From a virus, in IMG/VR virus record IMGVR_UViG_3300031578_000104, positions 1 through 44,336 of that record: a DNA stretch of 44,336 nt. One strand, given 5' to 3'. The notes under the pieces were generated by a model. That model was given only the letters and a program-made list of their open reading frames with translations. It did no database searches and was not told where the DNA came from. Both the position numbers and the translations under genes were made by a program. Shown piece after piece: positions 38,435-44,336 of the stretch (position 1 is the first letter of the stretch; each line of letters starts with the position of its first letter).

Positions 38435-38929
38435 CTATCTAATCCTTAAACTCTTGCCCTGCGTCAGCGTTGCCCCTGGCACTTCCGCGCCACCTTTCAA
38501 GGCTTCCGCTATGCGCTTTTTGTCGGGTATGCGTTGCTCTGGTACGATTGTGATAAATGCGGCTGGTATTTTGGCCTCATCCTCGATGTTAACAGCAGGA
38601 GGATTCTTCTGAAGTGCTATGGTGATTGTGGGGGTCTTAATTTTGTCCAGGTTAGCAAACTCCATCTGCCCCTGTATATACTCCTTAATATTGCTCACTC
38701 TGTTCTCAAGGGCTTTTCTGCGCTCTGCAAGGCGTTTTTCCTCTGCCTTGATAATACTCGCATCACCCTCCAGGGACCGGATAAAGTTGACGATGTTCAC
38801 AGCCTTATCCTCAATGGCCCCCTCTATAGAGGCTAAAGTGTCTTCTATGACCGCAAGGTCAACAGTCTCATCGTTGACCATATCCCACACTTGGCGGTAA
38901 TCCCCGGTCAGCTCGTATAGGCTAGGCAT
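38435..38929 (-). CDS. Siphovirus Gp157-family protein
   Basis: Start at MPSLYELTGDY. The helical N-terminus and C-terminal IPDKKRIAEALKGGAEVPGA pattern are typical of the Gp157 family. Confidence 0.65.
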   Translation of the reverse strand: MPSLYELTGDYRQVWDMVNDETVDLAVIEDTLASIEGAIEDKAVNIVNFIRSLEGDASIIKAEEKRLAERRKALENRVSNIKEYIQGQMEFANLDKIKTPTITIALQKNPPAVNIEDEAKIPAAFITIVPEQRIPDKKRIAEALKGGAEVPGATLTQGKSLRIR

Positions 38930-39004
38930 CGTGCTCAACCTCCTCATCCTCTTGGCAGTCGTCATAGTGGTCCATATACCACTTTGCGTATGGCAGCGGC
39001 TTAC

Positions 39005-39121
39005 TCATTCACCCTCATCCTCCCTCAAAAAATCATCCTGTTCCTCCAAAATCGCCTGCCAGTTCGGGCCGTAAAGCCTGCGGTAAACCTCATCACGCTT
39101 GAGTTCTTCGGGGTTATCCAT
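39005..39121 (-). CDS. Mini-ORF (38 aa), acidic
   Basis: ATG immediately after the upstream TAA. Product MDNPEELKRDEVYRRLYGPNWQAILEEQDDFLREDEGE. Its stop overlaps a further 28-aa ORF. Confidence 0.3.
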   Translation of the reverse strand: MDNPEELKRDEVYRRLYGPNWQAILEEQDDFLREDEGE

Positions 39122-40408
39122 TTAAACTGCCACCCCCTCAAGAACCTCCTTGACTTCTCCGTCCTCTATGTAAACGCCCAGCTTTCCGGATTCGTCCACA
39201 ATCTCAACCCACACCTGGAAGTCCTGCTCTTTTGCCATTTCCTCGATGAGCTTCATGTTGCTGCTGTCAAGAAGTGAACCGTCAGCTATGCGAATAACCC
39301 GAAGTTTGGGATTAAGGGCCATTGCCATTGCCAGAGATACGCGGAGCCTTTCAGCACTTGAACACTGCTTGAACGGTATGTCCTTGAAGGTTACGCCTGT
39401 TTCGTCAAATCCTAAACCTTCGATGGGGAATTTGGCCGCTTTCAGCATGGCCTCTTTTTCTGCATCAACTTTCCCAATGTCGGCGGTAAGTTTTTCGCTC
39501 TCCGCTTTCTTGTCTTCATACTTGGCCTTTGCTTCCTTGTAGGCTTTGGCATTGCGAACATCCTTGTTTGTTTCCTCCACCCCATCAAGCTTGCTCTGAA
39601 AGGAATCGAGGTCGGGGTCTTTAAGGGCGGTAACTTCGGCCCGGAGTGTTTTACCCTTCCTGTTGATGCCGTCCAAAAGAAGGTTTATACTGTTGCGTTT
39701 CTCTTCGAGTTTTTTAATATGTTCGGTCATACCTTCTATTTCAGTCCTGTACTGTTCTGCCTGTCTTGCCAACCCTTGCAACTCTCTCCGCTTCTCATCG
39801 TTGGCATTCTTGGCGTCCTGTGCCGACCGGAGTTCTGCAAGTACCTCTGATGCACTTAGTTCTTCGGCGGGAACATTTTCCCCCGGTGCTGTCATTCCGT
39901 CCAGCTGTCCCTTTAGCTGAGTGACTTCCCGGTTAACAATGGTCCTTTGGTCGAAAATGGTTTTCCTCTTTGCGTCCAGGGGAGCAGGGTCGATGCCCGT
40001 AAACTCCTGCAGGGTTTTGGCCTGTACCTTATCTTCCTGCTGGGCAAAGGCCAGTGGGTCAAAGGAGAGTCTACCCACAAGGGCATCCAGCATCTTTTGG
40101 GGGCTTTTGAAGGTGGCCCCATCCTTGTTATCAACCTTGAGATAGCTTTTGTCGTTGTCGGTCCATGTGCGGGTTACAACCAGATCCCCAAGGTCAAGAG
40201 TAGTGTTGGCCTTCTTCTCTCCGGTTCGTATGGGTTTAGGCATCCCCTTAGAGGCATCCGCACCAGCCAGGGCAAGCCATATGCAGTCAAGAACACTGGT
40301 CTTTCCCTGCTCGTTTCTGCCTGATATAATAACGACGTTTCCCTCCGGGGTGATTTCAACGGCCTTTAACTTCTTGATGTTTTCCGCTTTCAAAGTGATT
40401 ATTCTCAT
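39122..40408 (-). CDS. SMC/Rad50/RecF-like AAA ATPase
   Basis: 428 aa. Walker A GRNEQGKTS, a long central coiled coil, signature-like SSAERLRVSLAMA, Walker B VIRIADGSLLD. Confidence 0.8.
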   Translation of the reverse strand: MRIITLKAENIKKLKAVEITPEGNVVIISGRNEQGKTSVLDCIWLALAGADASKGMPKPIRTGEKKANTTLDLGDLVVTRTWTDNDKSYLKVDNKDGATFKSPQKMLDALVGRLSFDPLAFAQQEDKVQAKTLQEFTGIDPAPLDAKRKTIFDQRTIVNREVTQLKGQLDGMTAPGENVPAEELSASEVLAELRSAQDAKNANDEKRRELQGLARQAEQYRTEIEGMTEHIKKLEEKRNSINLLLDGINRKGKTLRAEVTALKDPDLDSFQSKLDGVEETNKDVRNAKAYKEAKAKYEDKKAESEKLTADIGKVDAEKEAMLKAAKFPIEGLGFDETGVTFKDIPFKQCSSAERLRVSLAMAMALNPKLRVIRIADGSLLDSSNMKLIEEMAKEQDFQVWVEIVDESGKLGVYIEDGEVKEVLEGVAV

Positions 40409-40611
40409 TACGCAACCTCCAACTCATCAGAATTTATTTCCTCAACCTGGCAAAACTTAATCACGCAAAGGTGGTTTCCGCAGAGGATATTGCCCCCCGC
40501 TGTCCTGTGTATCTGCTCGCCGGGGTAAATTTCCTCCCGGCATTGCTCGCAGACTGCGATTGCCTGTTCTTGCTGGGGGTCCCTGCCTTGGGAGAACCTG
40601 TCGAGATTCAT
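40408..40611 (-). CDS. Cys-rich small protein
   Basis: 67 aa, CEQC...C..HLC...FC; 1-nt start/stop overlaps on both sides. Confidence 0.55.
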   Translation of the reverse strand: MNLDRFSQGRDPQQEQAIAVCEQCREEIYPGEQIHRTAGGNILCGNHLCVIKFCQVEEINSDELEVA

Positions 40612-40973
40612 TACGATCCCTCGCTTTCAAGGAGGTTTTTAACCGCCTCACGTGGCGTATCCCCAAATCCCGCATTGCTTTGTTGGAGGTCGATAAAGCC
40701 GTCTCTTGTGGCGCACCACGCATTGCCATCCATGCAAACATTTATGTCTGTGTCCCACCAAATAGGAGCAGGACCCATGTTAGGAGCAGGATTATTGGAA
40801 CTATTTGTGCAATATTGCCTAGCGCATCTCCAGCCACCACCATAATTAAATGTCCTTGCCCCACACTCAGGGCATGGCCCTAAATAAGAATGCCATTCAT
40901 CTATGCCGCCAGAAACCTTTTGCCCATGCGCCCACTTGTCTTTCCCGGTATCGTATGCTTTCATGGCTTCCAC
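40611..40973 (-). CDS. Zinc-ribbon-containing hypothetical protein
   Basis: 120 aa, CPECG...RCARQYC; the C-terminal DGNAWCATRDGFIDLQQSNAGFGDTPREAV is a recurrent phage motif. Confidence 0.6.
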   Translation of the reverse strand: MEAMKAYDTGKDKWAHGQKVSGGIDEWHSYLGPCPECGARTFNYGGGWRCARQYCTNSSNNPAPNMGPAPIWWDTDINVCMDGNAWCATRDGFIDLQQSNAGFGDTPREAVKNLLESEGS

Positions 40974-41103
40974 CTTTCTTTAAAAACTTGCCCTTTCGGG
41001 CCGGATTCGAACCGGCGCATATTACCTTTGTGGTTAGGGATGTTCCATATCATCGTGGATTACTTGGCCTTCGCTTTCCACGCCACCGCCCCCAATGGTG
41101 ACG

Positions 41104-41517
41104 TTAAACTCTTTCAAATCCAAACAATTCCGCACATCTGTTGAAAGCGTTTCTTTGATACCAGCCGCCGTCCATAGACCATATCTCCTTCCACTCAGAG
41201 CATCCGGCCAGCATCATTCTTATTGCAAACTGCGCCTTCCCACGGTGAACGGAGATTCCTCGCTCATCCTCTACTTTTTGCCTCCACCAATCACGGTAAT
41301 GTTCAAAATCTTCCCTAAGTTCATTGTCGCCTTTTGGTTCTCCCCATTGTTCGGGGGTAGCGCCATCTTTTAGGAAGGATTTTGCGCTTTCAAACGGCAG
41401 ATATAACAAGCAAGAAGTATATTCCCCAAAAAAATCGTCCTTTTTTATGGTGTTCTCATAGGCATTTATGATTTGTTCAGGTGTTGCCTTTACGGTCATT
41501 TCGTCTATGTTGTACAT
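41104..41517 (-). CDS. Hypothetical protein
   Basis: 137-aa ORF with SD. Confidence 0.6.
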   Translation of the reverse strand: MYNIDEMTVKATPEQIINAYENTIKKDDFFGEYTSCLLYLPFESAKSFLKDGATPEQWGEPKGDNELREDFEHYRDWWRQKVEDERGISVHRGKAQFAIRMMLAGCSEWKEIWSMDGGWYQRNAFNRCAELFGFERV

Positions 41518-41574
41518 ATTTAAACCCCTTCCTTGACCGCCCCACTCGGCGGTGGTATAATTTGTTTAGGAAAT

Positions 41575-42075
41575 TTATCTCGCCGCCTTGAGCGGTTTTT
41601 CTTTATCTACCAGTAAATCCAGCAGCCCCAACTTGTATCTGTCCTCCAGCTCCACCAGCATGTTAAAATCCGTCTTTATCCTGTCCGTTACTTCCTTTGC
41701 CGCCAGGGTCAGCTCGATCCGGTCCTCTTCGGTCAAGTCTTCGGGACCATCCTTGTCTATGAGTCTCCGTCCCATGTCTTTAAGGGCCATGTCTGCCTCC
41801 TGGTCCTCTTTCTCGACCCGGCGAATCATCGTCTGCACATGCCGGTCTCCTGTAATAAACTCGAATATTCTGTACCCCGTTTCCTGTAGGCAGATCGCCA
41901 TTCCCATTAGTGGGTGTGTCTCTGACAACTTCCTCTTTGCCTCCTGGGGGATTCTCCGCTTCTCCTTTATGGCCGCATACAATGCGTCCGTGCTGTAATT
42001 GGTCTCTGCCGCCAGGGCCTTTATTGGTATGTCGCATCTGTCTATTGCCTCTTGCAGCATCATTCCCACTGACAA
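41575..42075 (-). CDS. HTH-containing regulator candidate
   Basis: TTG 42075 lies 6 nt after AGGAGGG (the ATG at 42111 lacks an SD). MLQEAIDRCDIPIKALAAETNYSTDALYAAIK is HTH-like. Confidence 0.5.
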   Translation of the reverse strand: MSVGMMLQEAIDRCDIPIKALAAETNYSTDALYAAIKEKRRIPQEAKRKLSETHPLMGMAICLQETGYRIFEFITGDRHVQTMIRRVEKEDQEADMALKDMGRRLIDKDGPEDLTEEDRIELTLAAKEVTDRIKTDFNMLVELEDRYKLGLLDLLVDKEKPLKAAR

Positions 42076-42202
42076 TTTAATCCCTCCTTTGTCGGATTTA
42101 CTAGGTTTCATTGGACAGGGGTTAGGGTGTACTATTTAGATGCCACTCAATTACATCCCCCAGGCCGGAAGTTCTCCCGGGTGCTTCCGGTTTTAGTCCC
42201 GC

Positions 42203-42385
42203 CTATTCTTGACTTGCTAATATCTCTAAGATCTCGTTCGCTTTTCCATTTAATATGTCAATAGCCTGTCTGTCGGTAAGATTGAACTTGTCTCTTAGTT
42301 CTCTGCCTAAGGCCTTAAACTCGCCTATCGTTTTAATGGTTTCCAGCTTGTCATGGTATTCTTGAACATCCTTTGCGGTTAACAT
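42203..42385 (-). CDS. Small helical hypothetical protein
   Basis: ATG 42385 after GGGGGTGAG; 60 aa. Confidence 0.5.
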   Translation of the reverse strand: MLTAKDVQEYHDKLETIKTIGEFKALGRELRDKFNLTDRQAIDILNGKANEILEILASQE

Positions 42386-42569
42386 CCTTCTCACCCCCTA
42401 ACTAACGAATCCAGCCGCTATTCCGGCCAGGAGCATTAACGACATCACGCCAATTATGCGTACCCGATCTGTCACCTAATCCCACCCCCGAAATAAGCTA
42501 CTAACGGGGCCATTGCAAAGCCTGAAGCTGCTATTACCACGGCGGCTAAGATTATTGTGGTTATTACTT

Positions 42570-42758
42570 TCAGCGGCAGGCACTTCCTCGGGTTCCATAG
42601 CCTTCTGATGCTTGGGTCTTTTGGTTGATAGACACTATTGATCCGATTGATAACAGTTCACTCCTTTCGTTTAGACTTTTTCTTATCTCGTCAACCCGTT
42701 CCCTGACAATCATCCTAATTATGTCCGCAGTCCAGGGGCCGGGAGGATAATCTAACAT
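42570..42758 (-). CDS. Hypothetical protein
   Basis: 62-aa ORF overlapping the upstream stop by 7 nt. Confidence 0.45.
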   Translation of the reverse strand: MLDYPPGPWTADIIRMIVRERVDEIRKSLNERSELLSIGSIVSINQKTQASEGYGTRGSACR

Positions 42759-43663
42759 TCCACAAACACCCCATTAACCAGTTGGTAAAACGTATCTGAC
42801 TTAATTTTTTCACCATCTACCATAGCACACTGAACATCTTTTATGCGATCTCCACCTTCGTCCCACTCAGCAAGAACGATCCAACATCCAAGGGCACCCC
42901 TAGCTTTACTTTTGTAGCCGGTTGCAATAGCGACTGACTCTTTGCCCTCAACGGTGGCTGCGCTCCGGTCTCCGGTGTTGGTGGCTGCGCTCCGGTCTCC
43001 GGTGTTGGTGGCTGCGCTCCGGTCTCCGGTGTTGGTGGCTGCGCTCTGGTACCCGGTGTTGGTGGCTGCGCTCTGGTCTCCGGTGTTGGTGGCTGCGCTC
43101 TGGTACCCGGTGTTGGTGGCTGCGCTCTGGTACCCGGTGTTGGTGGCTGCGCTCTGGTCTCCGGTGTTGGTGGCTGCGCTCCGGTCTCCGGTGTTGGTGG
43201 CTGCGCTCCGGTCTCCGGTGTTGGTGGCTGCGCTCTGGTACCCGGTGTTGGTGGCTGCGCTCTGGTCTCCGGTGTTGGTGGCTACGCTCTGGTCTCCGGT
43301 GTTGGTGGCTGCGCTCCGGTCTCCGGTGTTGGATTTTTTTTTATCATCCCAATTCACCCGGTCAAGAATAAACTTAACGCCAGCCTCAATCAGTCCAGGT
43401 AGTTTAATTTCAGCGCCAATCTTTATTTTTGTGCAGGCAACCTTGCTATCGTCATTGTGCCTATCCGTTTCTCCGTCACCCTCAACCTCTGCAAAGCGGC
43501 TGTCGGCTGGTTGGTAATAGCTAAAAATATCCAGTGGGTTCTCGCAAAAGTGAAATCCTTTCTGGCAGGCTTTGGCTTCCCTTTCCTCGTACTCGCCGCC
43601 GATTTCGTATTGGAAGCCTTTGCATTTTAGATCTTTGTCAAATCCCTTGAATCCTTTAATCAT
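42752..43663 (-). CDS. Repeat protein: Cys-containing N-domain (DUF7666-like) + 14 nonapeptide repeats (ATNTGD/Y-Q/R-SA) + C-terminal domain
   Basis: ATG 43663 (MIKGFKGFDKDLKCKGFQYE...GFHFCENPLDIFSYY) after GGGAAGGA. Repeats read directly. The family name is from memory. Confidence 0.75.
   Translation of the reverse strand: MIKGFKGFDKDLKCKGFQYEIGGEYEEREAKACQKGFHFCENPLDIFSYYQPADSRFAEVEGDGETDRHNDDSKVACTKIKIGAEIKLPGLIEAGVKFILDRVNWDDKKKSNTGDRSAATNTGDQSVATNTGDQSAATNTGYQSAATNTGDRSAATNTGDRSAATNTGDQSAATNTGYQSAATNTGYQSAATNTGDQSAATNTGYQSAATNTGDRSAATNTGDRSAATNTGDRSAATVEGKESVAIATGYKSKARGALGCWIVLAEWDEGGDRIKDVQCAMVDGEKIKSDTFYQLVNGVFVEC
42953..43330. repeat. Tandem repeat, 14 x 27 bp, near-identical units of three types
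   Basis: Unit ggtggctgcgctccggtctccggtgtt. Variants differ only at ccg/ctg and tctcc/taccc, plus one gct>gcta change. Unit starts at 42953 + 27n. Confidence 0.97.
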
Positions 43664-43692
43664 GGTATCCGTCCTTCCCGGCCTACATGGCC

Positions 43693-43821
43693 CTAACTCG
43701 TCTGTGACACTGGCTGATACCTCACGCACACCGGACACTTGGCACAATCGTCACACTCCTCTGTTATGCGCCCCGTACACTTTGGATTTATGCAGTTCTG
43801 GCAACAGGTGTCGGTTTTCAT
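43693..43821 (-). CDS. Cys8 mini-protein (42 aa)
   Basis: ATG 43821 after AAAGGAG. Product MKTDTCCQNCINPKCTGRITEECDDCAKCPVCVRYQPVSQTS. Confidence 0.5.
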   Translation of the reverse strand: MKTDTCCQNCINPKCTGRITEECDDCAKCPVCVRYQPVSQTS

Positions 43822-43839
43822 GCGGTTGCTCCTTTCTGG

Positions 43840-44037
43840 CTAGGCTGGCTCGCTTCGCTTTTCCATCCATTCAAAAAACTTTTGTTTTGGCACCCTGACC
43901 CGGCTTCCTATTTTGATAACCGGGAAATACTTTTGCTTTGCCAGTTCGTAAGCTCTGGCCTCGCCTATCCTGAGAATTTCAGCCACTTCCGGTATCGTGA
44001 ATAGATAAGGGTTTTCCTGCGGCCTTATAGGGTACAA
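43840..44037 (-). CDS. HTH_17 / excisionase-type DNA-binding protein (Xis candidate)
   Basis: 65 aa. YLFTIPEVAEILRIGEARAYELAKQKYFPVIKIGSRVRVPKQKFFEWM is the classic excisionase-family HTH pattern. Confidence 0.7.
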   Translation of the reverse strand: MYPIRPQENPYLFTIPEVAEILRIGEARAYELAKQKYFPVIKIGSRVRVPKQKFFEWMEKRSEPA

Positions 44038-44055
44038 CTAGTTCAACTCCTTTCG

Positions 44056-44286
44056 TTAGGATTCGGTTCCGGTTGGATTTTGGGAAATCTCATCACATTT
44101 ATCATCAAAAAATTTTTGCCAACGAAACCTGAATACCTTACCCAGATTCTTAGCGACCTTAACGCTGGGCACTTGACCGGCTTCTATCTTGGCTATGTAA
44201 GACCTGTCCACACCTGTCATTCCGGCAACTTTTTCCTGTGTCCAGCTTTTTTTGATTCTCAGGTCCACAAGCCACCTATTGTCCAT
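44056..44286 (-). CDS. XRE-family HTH protein (Cro-like, first gene of the leftward early operon)
   Basis: 76 aa. WTQEKVAGMTGVDRSYIAKIEAG is HTH_3. Divergent from the repressor gene across the circular junction; its 5' end is duplicated at 1-77. Confidence 0.8.
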   Translation of the reverse strand: MDNRWLVDLRIKKSWTQEKVAGMTGVDRSYIAKIEAGQVPSVKVAKNLGKVFRFRWQKFFDDKCDEISQNPTGTES

Positions 44287-44336
44287 CGGTGCACCTCCTT
44301 CTGTGAATCTATATCACAATTATAATGTGAAATCTG
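44210..44336. repeat. Terminal direct repeat, copy 2 (identical to 1-127)
   Basis: Same 127-nt string as bases 1-127. Confidence 0.97.

Noticed and set aside
40990-41035. tRNA-like T-arm (the - strand reads GCCGG-TTCGAAT-CCGGC) suggesting a tRNA gene
   Set aside because: No acceptor-stem partner, D-arm or anticodon arm can be folded around it. With the adjacent gccc-gaaa-gggc hairpin and T-run it is better explained as intergenic hairpins or a weak terminator between 41104 and 40973.
42395-42569. Two tiny hydrophobic peptide ORFs on the - strand (about 25-30 aa; for example GTG-initiated VTDRVRIIGVMSLMLLAGIAAGFVS)
   Set aside because: The first has no canonical start codon. The second is very short with only a G-rich SD-like stretch. 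The evidence is too weak to annotate, though the gap is otherwise unexplained.
42953-43330. CRISPR array or DGR variable region as an explanation for the 27-bp repeats
   Set aside because: The units are contiguous with no spacers, and they lie in frame inside a long ORF. No reverse transcriptase or template repeat exists in the genome, and the variation is not adenine-specific.

Overview
The window is one complete, circularly closed temperate phage genome. Bases 1-127 are identical to 44210-44336, so the non-redundant unit is 44,209 bp. Strong GGAGG-type ribosome binding sites, XhlA-like and ArpU/RinA-like genes, a copper-amine-oxidase-N 'stalk' domain and a Bacillus-type tRNA-Leu fragment point to a Bacillota (Clostridia/Bacilli-like) host; that host call is inference.

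Layout:
- Lysogeny module on the + strand (237-2464): XRE-type repressor, small ORFs, membrane protein and tyrosine integrase. It is followed by an attP-like 3' fragment of tRNA-Leu(UAG) at 2601-2655.
- Almost everything else is on the - strand, starting at a consensus promoter at 110-138 (across the circular junction).
- Early genes: cro-like HTH, Xis-like HTH, then many small early ORFs including a 14 x 27-bp tandem-repeat protein.
- Recombination and replication block (about 32.5-40.4 kb): SMC-like ATPase, Gp157, Rad52-like annealase, SSB, ASCH protein, replisome organiser, DnaB, a degenerate C5 methyltransferase and DUF1064.
- ArpU/RinA-like late regulator (30249-30779).
- Two small + strand units and an iteron cluster (27.0-29.4 kb).
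- Packaging and head genes: TerS, TerL, portal, scaffold, P22-coat-like capsid.
- Tail genes with no recognisable tape measure, tube or sheath (podovirus-like), followed by two large internal/ejection-like proteins.
- Lysis cassette: XhlA-like protein and a C39-like peptidase.
- An independently promoted five-gene cassette next to attP.

Most unusual features:
- A 3.7-kb island of three glycosyltransferases, two SAM methyltransferases and a membrane protein, inserted between portal and scaffold and closed by its own terminator.
- Two paralogous 2-TM proteins in different modules.
- A secreted HExxH protein with its own promoter and terminator inside the tail module.
- A roughly 1-kb low-coding, terminator-rich region after the lysis genes.
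- A repeat protein with an A9 tract.
- A C5 methyltransferase lacking the catalytic motif IV.
- Overlapping back-to-back promoters in front of terS.

All functional calls come from motif recognition by eye. No database or HMM search was possible.
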